In this document: in pieces, positions 40,439 to 54,986 of the stretch
How positions within the stretch are numbered: the stretch's first letter is position 1
How the letters are laid out: each line of letters begins with the position of its first letter
DNA from: Octopus sinensis
Taxonomy: Eukaryota
Assembly (NCBI RefSeq): GCF_006345805.1
Contig: NC_043019.1
Location: 29,511,360-29,575,359, forward strand
Direction of reading: 5' to 3'
DNA: 64,000 nt
Made by a program: the position numbers and the translations under genes
The notes under the pieces: model-generated
Database searches by the model: none
The model's input: the letters and a program-made list of their open reading frames with translations, nothing else
What the model was told of the DNA's origin: nothing

Positions 40439-41090
40439 ATTCACTGCAATAATTAAATAGAAAATAAATTAAATGATAGAGTCAATTCAAATTAGAAATT
40501 AGCAAAAATGAAACCTAACTGAAATTTGCATGAAATTATGTATGCTTACGTAGATCTTCTGCCCAAAGGAACACCCATTTGCTAATTAATTTGGCAGTTG
40601 TAGACTAGTTGAACAGAGCTGGTTTATAACGAGCTTGACTTAAATGAAATTAAGCTAACATAAGAATTAGCTATGTTAGAAATGTATTGACAAATAATTT
40701 CCTTATTGCATTATGGATACCATTAGATTCTGGCTTAACAATTGTTGCAACTACAACGTTAATGATTCTTAACATGGGCACAAGAGTGAGTATCAGTTAC
40801 AAATTACAGAAAGAGGAATAGAGTTGCTTATACCAGACACCTCCAATACTTGACTGGCTCTTACTTTATTAACCCATAAAGACAGTGAAATGTAGAAATC
40901 TGCCTTACCATGATTTGAACAGAAAATGTAAAGGCCCATGACAAAATACTGCACTGCATTTTGTCCAATGTTCTATCAATTCTGTCACTTCAGAATTTAA
41001 TCCAAATTCTCCAAATTTATGAGCTATCAAGGGAGCCACTATGTGATAACTCAATGTTCTAGATAGACATAAAGCTCAAATCTCCCTTAA

Positions 41091-41309
41091 CCCTTTAGTA
41101 TTTAAACCGGCCATATCCAGCCAAAATAGCTAATCTGTTTTATGTTCAAACTGACCAGATCCAGGCCCTCACACCTACCCTACAATGTTATTCTACATTA
41201 AGTAATTACACCATCAAGATCTTGAAGATATGAGATAATGCATGATTAATTCAAATCAATGGGAATCAATAAGCATTATGTTTGATAGAATAATCTGAAC
41301 ACTAAAGAG
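41091..41309. mobile_element. piggyBac-type MITE with TTAA TSD
   Basis: TTAA at 41087-41090 and 41310-41313. It interrupts another dispersed repeat (AAATCTCCC|...|ATTACAC). Confidence 0.85.
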
Positions 41310-43134
41310 TTAAATTACACTTTACTTTATCATAGGTCTGTTTGATTAGGGCTGATCTGGATCTAAACAACAATACAAACTTCTCTTCTAAACAGGATAC
41401 ACATTATTTTGGTACACACAAAGTATGATTAGGATTTTATCTGCATAAAATAAAAGGTGGGGGAACCTGTCAAATTAGAATCAGAAATTACATGAAATTT
41501 CTTTCCATTTAGTCACGATATCAATCTCGGTTTTATGAAATCGTTGACAATGGACTATGAGAGTAAGAGAGAAAGGTTTCATTCACATTTAATAATTAAC
41601 ATTGTGTATTCATCTATAGTCATGCTAAGGAGAGTATGGAAGCAAGGAGCTGTCAACAGATAGAAAGTTCCAAAACTGAGACACTGGCACAAGACGTGGT
41701 CCTCTGACCTGTTGGATCCTGTCAAACCATCCAAATTATGGCAGCATGGAAAGCTGACACGAATTTTGATGATGATTTTGTTCATAATTTTGAAGATACA
41801 ACAAAATAATGAATAAATATTTGAAAAAGAACAGGTATGGCTGTGTGGCAAAAAGTTTGCTTCCCAACCACATAGTTCTGGGTTATGTCTTACCACATAG
41901 CACCTTCGGCAAGTGTATTCTACTATAGATCCAGACTGACTAAGTGCTTGTGAATGGATTTGGTAGACAGAAACTGAAACAAGCCCACCATGCATGTGTG
42001 TGTGCCTTTGTGTTTATCCCCCATCACTGCTTGACAACTGGTGTTGGTTTGTTTACATTTCCATAACTTAAGCAGTTTGACAATAAGAGACTAATTGAAT
42101 AAGTGCAAGGCTTAAAAAAGGAAAAAAGTACTGGGGTTGATTTGTTTGACTAAAGCCTTCCAGGCCTTGCCCCAACAAGTCACAGACCAATGAGTGAAAC
42201 ATGTAACAGATAAAAAATATTTACTTAAAGGGAAATATTTATTTTCCCTGCAACCATATGATACTTAGTCCTCGTTATTGCTTTTGTTGTTGCTAAGCCC
42301 CTACGATCAAAGACATTTCACTCGTTTTAGGGATATTCCCAGGGGCCTCATTAACCAATATATTCTTTCTTCATCTAAGATAACAGGGTAGAACTTTGGC
42401 AGATTCGGAAGTTATTTCTCATGCATTGAACAACCAGAAGACACTAAACTCCTCCCTCAGTGGTTCATTTTACACAATACTTAGTTAATAGTCACACACA
42501 ATAGTTAGTAAATGTGGCAAGCAAGAAAATATCTAAACAGAACCAACTTGCCTCTTCATTATAATTATCAATATCCTCAATAATGGAGTAGTTTTGAGTA
42601 GTTTTATAAATTGGAATGCAATCAGTTAATGTCAATTAACGATACGATGCACCAAAATAGCAAGCTGTTCAGGAAAATTCCAGATTTCACATAAACAATA
42701 TTGCAGAAAATGACAGGTTTTCAATTAGTAATATATAAAAATCATTTTCTCGTCAATAACTCGGGAATTCTATAGTTAAGCAATTTAAAAAAGATTGCTG
42801 AAAATTATCCTCAGTTTACATATTTTCAAATTTATACAGAATGTGGACACTTGTATGTACATTTGACATTCCTCATTACTCTTGCTTGATCTACTACAAT
42901 CAAACTTATCTAAATAGAACTGTACTTTCACGAGCTATGCTGTATCTGTAAAAGAAACATTCTCATCCTGAATATAACACATCTATTTACACATCAATTA
43001 TTGATTTCTAAGTTTGACACAAGCTGCATCAATTTTCTGGTTGCATATAGTTGATTAAAATTGATCCCTGCAAAGGGGACATAACTCAATGTCCTGATTT
43101 ATGCTAATATACACAGACACTTATACACCAAAAC

Positions 43135-43193
<59 letters not shown>

Positions 43194-43263
43194 TATACCG
43201 GAGTAAACACATAAATGTGAAACAAGGTGGAGAAAAGAGTACTCAAATACCAGTGGTAGAGTA

Positions 43264-43424
43264 ATATGCTTTATTTTAAGCACCAGAAAATTCAACAAAA
43301 TCTGTTACCCTGTGTTTCTCGTTGCCGTTCATCAGACAGTTTTTGCTAGAAAAACTGTCTGATGAACGGCAACGAGAAACTCAGAGTAACAGATTTTGTT
43401 GAATTTTCTGCTGCTTAAAATAAA

Positions 43425-43430
<6 letters not shown>
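43264..43430. repeat. Near-perfect palindrome (81-bp arms, 4 mismatches, 5-nt loop) in a Penelope-like terminal fragment
   Basis: Arms 43264-43344 and 43350-43430 were checked base by base; the loop is GCTAG. The fragment is flanked by (TA)n. Confidence 0.95.
43350..43397 (+). ncRNA. Minimal type I hammerhead ribozyme
   Basis: Stem I AAAA-A-CTGT/ACAG-A-TTTT, CTGATGA at 43359-43365, short stem II CG-GCAA-CG, GAAA at 43376-43379 and stem III CTC-A-GAG. The GUA site predicts cleavage after 43388. Confidence 0.7.
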
Positions 43431-43471
<41 letters not shown>

Positions 43472-43474
<3 letters not shown>

Positions 43475-43571
43475 TCATCATCATCATCATTTAGCGTCCG
43501 TTTTCCATGCTAGCATGGGTTGGACGGTTCAACTGGGGTCTGGGGAGCCCGAAGGCTGCACCAGGCCAGTC
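43472..43571 (-). mobile_element. Short, young 5'-truncated RTE LINE tail inside (TA)n
   Basis: (CAT)n-TTTAGCGTCCGTTTTCCATGCTAGCATGGGTTGGACGG with CpGs intact. Confidence 0.75.
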
Positions 43572-45861
43572 ATATATATATATATAATATATATATATAT
43601 AAGTGATGGTTGTGGATCTCTGTCATTCAGCAACAAGGATTTAGTTGTTCAATCAACCGAATAACCTGTACATTGCATTAACATCTGTAGCTGAACATTC
43701 CACAGTTATGTGTACCCTTTACTTAATTCTCAGGCAGAATCAGTGTGATAAGGTTGGGCCTTGAAATTACAGACATAATCCACCTATACAGTTTCCATCT
43801 ACCCAGTTTCACTACAAACATATAGTGTTGACCCAAGGTTAAAGAAATTTCATCTGCCCAAGATGCCATGTAGTGGGATTGAACACAAGACCTTAAGGTT
43901 GCAAAACAAACATCTTAATCATTCAGCCATATTACATTTATATGTATGTATATGCATATTGTCATCATCATCATTTAATGTCCATTTTCCATACTGGCAT
44001 AGGTTGGACAGTTTGACAAAAGCTGGTAAGCCAAAGGGCTGTGCCCAGCTTCATTGTCTATTTTGACATGGTTTCTATGGCTAACAACAGTGTGTGTGAG
44101 TGTGTGTATATGAAGAAGCATGGCCTAGCGGTTAGGGTGTTGCACTCAAGATTACTAGATCATGGGTTCAATTCCTGGACCAAGCAGCAAGTTGTGTTTT
44201 TGAGCAAAACATTTGATTGCACATTACTCCAATCAACTGTCAGACAAAATGACTCCTGGTGCCTTGTTGCATTCAAGAAGACCTGTCTTCCACAGTAGAA
44301 GTGTTAAGGCCACTTCCCCTGGTGAAGAGGATTGTGCAAGAGTCCTGTGCTGGTGCCACATAAAAAACACTCATGTCACTGCCACATAAAAGTGCACATG
44401 GCAGTGCCATGTTCAAAACACACAGCACACACTGTAAAGTGGTTGGCGCTAGGAAAGCCATTGAACTGTAGAAACCAAGCAAAATCAGACTGGAACCTGG
44501 TACAGCTCTCCAGCTTGCCAGCTCTGGTCGAACTGTCCAACCCATGTCAGCATGGAAAACAGACATTAAAGGATGATAATGATGAAAAACATGATAGGAT
44601 TTTTTAAACATTAAATGGTTATGAGGGTCCAACCAAGAAAAATAGGAATCAAAAGGGTTCTATAAATAAAAAAAAAACAATGGTTGAGAACCGCTAACAT
44701 AGAGGCTCCCTTGTTAGTTTGATACAAACCAAATTTATTACCAATACTATGAACATTTGAATACTGACAGTATTTATTTAATAATAAAAAGAAGACTCGT
44801 CTATTTGCTCACAGATGCTTAGAGAATAGAGAGGATATAAATGGTTTATTGTATGTATCTAGTTTGATATTTTACTATTCTGAGTTCAAATCCCACCGGG
44901 GTTTCACGTTTGCATTTTTATTCTTCAGAGATTGAGAAAGTAAGTAGCTTTAATATATTGAGGTCAATTCAATCAAATATACTCCCTACAGATAGAGGAA
45001 AATCAAGAGAAATCAATATTTATTTAGCAATTGTCTATCAGAGTGAGTATACTAACATTTACAGCACTGACTTGCTATTTTTATAAGAGATATACAGGTA
45101 TATAGTATTGTGGTTAAAAAGTTTGCTTTTGCAACCACATCTCTGTAATAGATCCCACTGTGCAGCTCCTTAAGTGTCCTCTGCTGTAACCTTAGGTTGA
45201 CCAATGTTTTAAAATCAATATGGAAGGAAGGAAGGAGAAAAGAAAGATAGTGACATATACATGTTTGTGTTGGTCCATGTACACTGATAAACACACACAC
45301 ACACACACACACACAGCTGTGGGCTTACAGTGTTTGCTTCAGAACCATGTGGTTCTAGGTTCCATCCCACTGCATGGTACCTTGTAGAAGAGTGCTCTAC
45401 CATAACCTCAAGCTGACCAGTACTTTATGAAACTAATAGGCAGAAACCGTATGGAAGCCTGTTGTGTGTATGTGTGTACACGTGCACACACATATACACA
45501 TGTGCAATTGCATGCATAGACACATGCACATACATTATTTGCTACATCTTTGCAAAAGACACCATGAATGACAGTGGTGTTATATTTACATCTCCTGTAA
45601 ACAAACATCCTTTACCTCAATAGTTTCAGTACCCAAAGACCATTAAAGTAGAAGAAATATGTAGGTTGAAGAAGAAGGATTAGCAACAGGAAAGGCATCC
45701 ATTGAAGGAATACTGCCTTAATATGTCTCGTCCAACACAGGAAAAACAAATATTAAAAAAGGATGATGAGACAGTGTGTCTGTCTTGTATCTATTTGTTT
45801 GCTAGCATATATTGACATATTAAGTTGCAGAGTTTTATATAAAAAATTGTGACTCTGCCTT

Positions 45862-46031
45862 TCAACAATTAGATATCGATAAAATAAATAAAAGAGAAAT
45901 ACAGAAGTTAATATGCTCAACAATTAGATATCGATAAAATAAATAAAAGAGAAATACAGAAGTTAATATGCTCAACAATTAGATATCGATAAAATAAATA
46001 AAAGAGAAATACAGAAGTTAATATGCTCAAC
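45862..46031. repeat. Perfect 55-bp tandem repeat, 3 copies plus 5 bp
   Basis: TCAACAATTAGATATCGATAAAATAAATAAAAGAGAAATACAGAAGTTAATATGC starts at 45862, 45917 and 45972. Confidence 0.95.
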
Positions 46032-48294
46032 GAAACAGAAAGGAGGTACTCCAGCATGACCACATCCTAATGTATAAAACCACTGAAAGAAAATATAAAG
46101 GTACATTATTTCAATGCACCACCTTTTGTTTGTTTGATGCAGTTATCACGTCTTACTATGATTTCTGCGAAGTCTAGAAGTTTAGCATTCAAAACTTCCA
46201 CTTTAATTCTAATTAACTGAAGTGTTGGTGAGAATTATTCAATGTTACACGAAAAAGCATCACCACAAGGTTAAGCTGTGTGTGTGTATGTGTGTGTACA
46301 TGTGCTCACATATATATACAAGTGCAATGACACACACACACACACACACATTATTTGCTACATATAATTTAAGTTGACCTTGATGGAATTTGAACCGAGA
46401 ACATAAAGATGGACAAAATGCAGATAAGTATTTTGTCCAGCGGGTTAACAATTCTACTAGCTTGCTGCCTTAGCAGTAAATATTACTAATACTAATTAAT
46501 CAAACTTTTACTGAAATTTTAATACAGTATTTAAAATAGTAACAGAATAGTTATGTTAGTGTTAACATATTTAATGAAAGAGCATGAAAAATTAATTAGT
46601 AATAATTATGTGGTGAAGAAGAGACAACATTAGATTAATGACTAACAAAATTTTAATCAAATGGGCAAGCATGAGAATAATTGTACACATGTTTCAGTTT
46701 CATTAAACTTCCTCAGTAATACATAGTCTTCATCATGCTTGCTGAAGAGGTTATGGCAGAATTACTAAGTAGCTGACCAGGCATGGAAATTTGGCTTATT
46801 CCAAAAACTAAATCATTGATGTTAATTACTCAGAGACACCATCTAAAAATTAAAATCTGTAGTTAGCTAATTAAAAAAAAATAAAACAGTAATATTAATT
46901 TCTTAGGGACACCATCTGCATACAAACCAGTGTTAACATATTCAATGTACTCAAAAACCTATATATAGCAGTTAACCATGTCTTCCTTACACAAAATAGA
47001 TCATATATTAAGTTATAAGTATACATAGTACAATTTAAAAGGGAGGGACACACATTTGTAAACAGAATGATGCAATCCTGGATACAGGAGGAAGTCTGCA
47101 TGGAAAGCAACAATCCCACCAGGTCCTAATTCTGTATTTGTGCTTCCACGGTTACCATGGATTTTATGCCAATATTGGCCTAATAAGCTACCTCAAGATA
47201 TTCACAAAGCGTAAAGTTGCTAATCTGGTCATCTTCAGAGATATCAAGAACAAATATCATATATGTTAAAAAGTAGAGTGGCATTGATCATGGGGTTCAA
47301 TGTATTTAATCATAGGTCTACTCCAGCAGAGCTTATCTTGGGCTAAACAGCAACATTAACTCATAAGGAATATAGCCACGAAAGGGTTAAAATAGCCAAC
47401 ACTGACAATGTTTAAATATATACACAAGAAGCTGGAGAAGGTGGAATAGGAATTGTGGAAGTGGAGCTGCTATGGAACTTCAGGCTGAAGAATTCAAAAA
47501 GAATTGATTAACAGACAGAGCTTTCAGAAAGAGAATTTATTCTTCTGCTGTCGCTGCCACCGTTTCTTCCTTTACTGTACCATCTTCTTAACATTTTAAA
47601 AATTATCTGAAACACACTTCACTCTCTAAAGAACTGTGCTCATATACAAACATACATTGAATAATAGAACATTAAAGAAATATTTAAAAAAAATAAACAG
47701 TAATGTAAAGTTTGATAGAACAACTTCACAACATATTCCCAAATGAGTTACTGTAAATACATGCGTTTTTAGACATATGCCTGCACATACGAATGCACAT
47801 GCGCACAACACATTTGTGAAATAATGTATAAATATGGATACACATAAATTTATGTCTACATACACACACAAACACATAATTCTGTGTGTATGTATATGTG
47901 AGAGAGAAAGCTTCCACCCACTCACATTTGCTCATAAGGCATTTGTTCACTGATCATGTTGACAGACCAAATATAAAATCTTTATACAGGACTAAATTAA
48001 AAGCAATACAATGAAATATAGCAGAGAAAATATATTATATAATTTAGAAGTGAACAGGTTTCAGCTGAATATTGAAAATGGATTGCTCACTCTTCCACTA
48101 TCTAGAGAAAGTAGCCAAATTTTCCCCCACATCACACCCAACCATCTTAAAGAATGAAGAGCAACATTGGATAATAATGCACTTCTAAATATACTAAATT
48201 GGGGAAAGAATGTTATGGTCACATCTAGAATGATTCTGATCATGTAACTGCTTGATCAAAGCTGACCTGGTGCTAGACAGCAACTTCAACATCA

Positions 48295-48493
48295 TACTCT
48301 TTTACTTGTTTCAGTCATTTGACTGCGACCATGTTGGAGCACCGCCTATAGTCAAGCAAATCAACCCCAGGACTCATTCTTTGTAAACCTAGTACTTATT
48401 CTATCGGTCTCTTTGCCGAACCGCTAAGTTACGGGGATGTAAGCACACCAGCATCAGTTGTCAAGCGATGTTGGGGGGACAAACACAGACACA

Positions 48494-48524
<31 letters not shown>

Positions 48525-48695
48525 CACACACACATATACGAGGGGCCTCTTTCAGTTTCCGTCTACCAAATCCATTTACAAGGCTTTGGTTGGCCCATGG
48601 CTATAGTAGAAGACACTTGCCCAAGGTGTCACTCAGTGGGACTGAACCCGGAACCATGTGGTTCATAAGCAAGCTACTTACCACACAGCCACTCT
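48295..48695 (-). mobile_element. Near full-length family B SINE
   Basis: The tail stem-loop, (CA)n middle, core and tRNA head are all present. Confidence 0.85.
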
Positions 48696-49098
48696 TACTC
48701 ATTTTTGCCAGCTAAGTGGACCCCTACTTTCAAGAAAAGTGGGACACACAGGATACAGTAATAGCATCTATGAGAAAAAAACCATATGATCGTTGTCAGG
48801 GCATTACTGACCATAGGTCAGCTTAATTGCAGTGGAGCTGTGACCAAAAAAGAAAGCACCAATGATGACGTCAATGATGATTCTAATAATGGTGATGGTA
48901 ACAAGAATTGAGATGATGATGATGATAGTAATGATCATGATGGTGATGATGGTCACCAAAATCAACATAATGGTGATCGTGATGGTACTGTTTATATTAC
49001 AATTTGTTATAACTTAAGACACAAAATCTATTTGTCAAATGCAACCAAAATGTCAAAGCCAAGTCTTCTATCTCACACACACAAATGCATAAACACAA

Positions 49099-49129
<31 letters not shown>

Positions 49130-50588
49130 AATAGAGAGAGAGAGATACACATCTTATATTATAAATATTTATACACATACACACACACACAACTTATATT
49201 ATAAATATGCAATACACACACATACATATGTATACATACTTACATCTATCTTGCATAGAAATATTTCCTTCAGCAAAATATCACAGATTTATGTGATATT
49301 TTGCTATTTTGCTGTACCGATCAATATAACTACAGAACAGAATATCTTGCACACATGAAAACAATGTACAATAATGAGCTTGGGTCATTGGCTCATAAAC
49401 TGAAGTGACCAATCTAGAAGCACAATGAAACACATACAATAGACATGAACTTATTATGAATAATGAGTTTAATAGTCACAGGCATGGCCATGTGGTTCAC
49501 TTTGCAATTATGCAGCATCAGGTTCCATCTCAAGGCATGGAACCTTGTGCAAGTGTTTTATACCATAAATTTGGATTGATTAATAACATGTAAGTACAAT
49601 TTGGAATATAGAAAATATGCAGACCCTATTATAAGTGTTTGTCGTGTTGTATGCATTTATGCCCAAGCTCTGATCTGAGGAGAACTTTGTCCTTCTCCCC
49701 CAACAGTCTCAGAGGTCTTGAAGAGTGTCAAAAGAACTGTCTTCACCCTCTAAGCCATTCGGTCATTCTGCTACTTGTTTCAGTCATTTGATTGCAGCCA
49801 TGCTGGAGCATCACCTTAAAAGGTTTTTAGTCACAGAAATCAACCCCAGGACTTATTCTTTGTAAGCCTAGTACTTATTCTATCAGTTCATTTGTTGAAC
49901 TACTAAGATACAGGGATGTAAACACACCAACATCGGTTGTCAAGCAATGGTTTGGGGACAAACACAGACACAAAGACACACACATAAATATATACATATA
50001 TGACAGGCTTCTTTCAGTTTCCATCAACCAAATCCACTCACAAGGCTTTGGTTGGCCCAAGGTTATAGCAGAAGACACTTTCCCAAGGTGCCATGCTGTG
50101 ACAGGAGGCATAAGATGAAGAAATTTATTTCTTCAATTGACATCCATAAATACAATCATTTGTAACCTGATACATTAAAAGGGCTTTTTTTTTATGAGTA
50201 CTACTAGATTAATTATATCCATATACTGTATATGTTAAATTTATATGTGTGTGTATGTGCATGTATTTTATACTTCCAATTTGTTTACTTACCCTTCTTG
50301 AAACTATCTCTTAATTCTTTCACACACACACACATAGATACACGTGCACTGAATAAGAAGATAACATATTTCACTCATCTTCAAAACAGGAAGTTGTTGA
50401 TGTGAAGTTATCAACAACACTGATTTCAGCAGATCTATCTAAAAAATGTAGACAAACATGAGTTCATGCACACTCACTCACATATGTATGCACATGCATA
50501 GAGACGTATAAAGTTTGTGTGTGTACATGTGTGTATTATTAGTGCTAGAAGCAGTATTAATATCAAAAGGTAATCTTTATATCCAACT

Positions 50589-50820
50589 AAACATGGATGC
50601 CTTGTTAAAACACCAAATATTGTGTTATTAGCCTTGAGAGATCTTCCCATATAGGCGCTTGGTGCATAAAAGCAGGCACACACCATAACTGGAAAAATTC
50701 ATCAGTTAAGGATGTCATCTGCTTAGATCTCTGTATGTGAATTTATGCACCAAGTGCTTATATGAGAGGATCTCTCAAGGCTAATAATGCAATATTTGGT
50801 GTTCTAACAAGGCAATCATG

Positions 50821-50823
<3 letters not shown>
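50589..50823. mobile_element. Foldback/MITE-like element (82-bp inverted arms, 71-bp spacer)
   Basis: Arms 50589-50670 and 50742-50823 have 10 mismatches, 9 of them transitions. Related to 56023-56292. Confidence 0.75.
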
Positions 50824-50858
<35 letters not shown>

Positions 50859-50871
50859 TAGATAGATAGAT

Positions 50872-50916
<45 letters not shown>

Positions 50917-50960
50917 AGATAGATAAATAAATAGATAGACAGACAGACAGAAAAGAGATA
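50824..50960. repeat. (TA)n plus (GATA)n microsatellite
   Basis: Seen directly. Confidence 0.95.
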
Positions 50961-51078
50961 GGTGTGGCTGCTGTGCATCTCAGTCAAATGTCTTCTACTT
51001 TAGCCGAAGGCCAATCCAAGCCTTGTACATTCTGTACACAGAAACTGAAAAAGGCCTATTATATATATATATATATAT

Positions 51079-51130
<52 letters not shown>

Positions 51131-52108
51131 AGATATTTTATACACACACACACAGAGTGTATGGGATTTCAAAACTATTAGCGACACTACACATTTCATA
51201 ATCATGTTGAATAAGAGACCAACAAATAAAGTTTACATACAGTTTAGCACAGTTCTGTGTGGCTTCCACTTGTTGCCTTACACACATCTAATACTCCAGT
51301 TCTTGCCTCACATGATGAAGAATATCAGGTGTGACAGATTGAGTAGTGTCATTGATTCTCTCTTTTAGGTGCTCAATATCAGTAACAAGAACACTGTACA
51401 CACACTGCTTGACATAGCCCTAGAGGTAGAAATCTAAATGGCATAAGGTTTGATAATCATAGAAGCCATGCCTATCATCCACCCCTTCCTATTCACTACT
51501 GTGAAAATGTCCTATCCAGAAAATCCCGGGCAATTAGTTGGTCTCTTATTAAACATATTTATAAACTGCACAGAGTTGCAAGTTACACGAAAACATTTCA
51601 TTTCACATTACTCCAGTTGACTCAGCTGTAAATAGGTAACCTTGTGGCAGACTGGCACCCTGTTCATGGGGAATGTTGGTCTGTTCATCTGACCATTGGG
51701 AGTAGCATCATTTAAAGGCAACAGCAATGCAAGGAAGTGCCTTGTGACCAGCGGTGTATAACCACATTCAATAGCATGGTCAATACAGCAATATTTGTGT
51801 GTGTGTGTGTGTGGTGTGTGTGTGTGTGTGATCATTTTAAGCATCCATTTTTCTTTGCTTGCATGGAGCAAATGGAATTAATCTATACAGATTTTCTACA
51901 GTCAGATACCCTTTCTGTTGCCAAAACAGGTAGTATTTCTCTATAATCAAACATGTTTACAAGGAAGAGTGGAAATGAAGGACACCATTTATACAATGTC
52001 GCTACACATAATAACTTATACATATCTATACACATACATACATATACATGTGTGTGTATGTATGTATATACTCATACAACATACAAATAAATATACAGAC
52101 ACACACAC

Positions 52109-52149
<41 letters not shown>

Positions 52150-52958
52150 CGTTTTTAGAACAGTGGTTTTGAAAGCTAATCACATACAACTATAAATATA
52201 AAGTTGAAAAACCCTTTCAGATAGACAATTTTTTCTACCCACTATTTACATTCTTTGTAGCTGTATGTGATGAGCTTCAAGAACCATTCATCCAAAAAGG
52301 AATTATTTCTGGTTCTCTCATGAAAGTTTATAAAATCCTTCTGATGACAATAACACACAGACACACACACATTATATGTTGATTATTATACACATTATAT
52401 ATTATCATCATCATTAGCAGTTTGTTAACTAAGCAGTTCAGTGAAAAGAAACCAATAGAAAAAGTACTAGGTTTAAAAATAAAATAAGTACAGGGGTCGA
52501 TTTGTGCCCCAGCATGGCCACAGTCCAATAACTGAAACAAGTAAACGATAAAAGATCTGCACTGATTTACAAAATTATCAAATCAGTACCAGTATAAGAG
52601 TTATGTTATTTTATCAACATCAGAAGGAGGATAAAAGGCAAAGTTGGGCTCACTGGGATTTGAACTTGGACCATAAAATATTAATACTAAATGCTGCCAC
52701 AGGCATTTTCTCACACGCTCTACTGATTCTGCCAATCCATTGCTTCCCAGATTGAAATCAGATTAACTAGATCAGATTGCTGAAAGTTGAGTACAGAATG
52801 TATAAATGAGGTTTCTGGATATTAATTGAAAATGGCAGACATGAGTTGTTCCTCTTATTCTTTTCATTTTTTTTTTTTTTTAAAGCTAAAGAAAGAGATT
52901 AAATGGTGAAATAAAATTACTCATCTATGTAGAGCGGTTAAATATAATAATAATATCT

Positions 52959-52997
<39 letters not shown>

Positions 52998-53324
52998 TGT
53001 GGTGTGTGAATAATAGAACTAGCCTAGCTTAAAAAGGTCATCACACACAAACTCATGTTCTGGCTAAATACAATTTTTCTCTTACACTTGTTTGTCATCT
53101 TAAAAAATTACTTGCGTAGCTTCAAAATCAGCAATTACTTTATTTTCTAAATGGAGAGAAAGAGAAGAGAGAGTGGGGGGGGGGGGTAAACTAAAATAAA
53201 ATGTAAGAGAGGAGAGTAAAAGGGAGATAAATAGTGAGAAATAGAGAGTCAGAAATTGGGAAAAGAGAAAAAAAAGAGAGAGATGGAGGAAGCAGAGATA
53301 AAAAGTAAAATACAGACAGTGCTA

Positions 53325-53350
53325 CACACACACATATATATGTATACATA

Positions 53351-53400
<50 letters not shown>

Positions 53401-53750
53401 CATATACATGTACATATATATACATACATATACACATATATACATACATACATACATATATACATACATACATACATATATACATACATACATACATATA
53501 TACATACATATACATATATACATACATACATACATACATATACATATATACATACATACATACATACATATACATATATACATACATACATACATATATA
53601 CATACATATATACATATACATATATACATATACACCTATATATATATACATATATACATATACACCTATATATTATACATATATAACATATACACATATA
53701 CTATACACATATACAACATATAACATAACACATATACACATACATATACA

Positions 53751-53798
<48 letters not shown>

Positions 53799-54130
53799 TA
53801 TATACATATACATATATATATACATATATATATACATATATACACATACATATATTACCACATATATATATATATATATATACATATATATATACATATA
53901 TATACATATTATATACATATATATATACATATATATATACATATATATACATATATATATACATATATAATACATATATATATTAAATATTATATATTAT
54001 TATATTATACATATATACATAATATATATATACATATATATATATATATACATATATATATACATATATATATATAATATATATATACACACATTTATAT
54101 ATACACACATGAATACATATATCTGTGTGT
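53325..54130. repeat. Long compound TA/TACA microsatellite with a 30-bp higher-order unit
   Basis: Seen directly. It gives the [10 protein letters not shown] x3 periodicity in ORF 53191-53697. Confidence 0.95.
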
Positions 54131-54589
54131 GTGTATACACATACAAAGAAATAGAGAGAGAGAGAGAAAGAGAGAAAGAACAAGAATTTGGAGATCATCA
54201 CAAATTTCAATGGTCTATATATTGTTTTTGGTTTGCTGTCAAGATTTTGCTGAGACTGTGTGCACCATGATGCAAGAGAGGAAGAACGAACAAACCAACT
54301 GGACTATAAAGAAGAGCCAATAATCTAATAAAAACCTGATGGAAGATTAGACTGTGATGGCTGAAATAACTGCAATCTCAGGAGAACAAAGCGTTTGTTT
54401 TTTTTCGGGGTGGGTTTTACTGTGGGTTTTTTTTCCTCTCATATAAAGAATGGAAAATAACAAATAATAAAAATAATATATAAGTATGTATGTATGTATG
54501 TATGTATGTATGTAGTGATAAGAATGTTACAAGTTTTGTTTGAAAGTTTCTCGCTGAGTGTTTTCCATTGATAATTATTACTGAAAACT

Positions 54590-54954
54590 AACACACATAT
54601 ATGTACATATCTCACACATGTACCCACATGTCTGTGTGTGTGTGTATATATATAAATATATGTGAGTACATGTGCGTGATATGTACACATATACACATAC
54701 TTTTATACACACACACATATATATATATATACACACATACATAAACATATAAACATATATATATATACACATAAACATATATATATACACACATACATAT
54801 ATATACATACACATACATATATAGATACATATACATATATATATATACATACACATACATATATAGATACATATACATATATATATATACATACACATAC
54901 ATATATAGATACATATACATATATATATATACATACATAAACACATACATATAT

Positions 54955-54986
<32 letters not shown>

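Noticed and set aside
36225-40580. Spliced peptide KWVFLWAEDL-RELLLKYQL-FAYNE resembling a RhoGEF PH-domain terminal helix
   Set aside because: It needs three micro-exons of 32, 25 and 16 nt assembled post hoc, which is too permissive to support.
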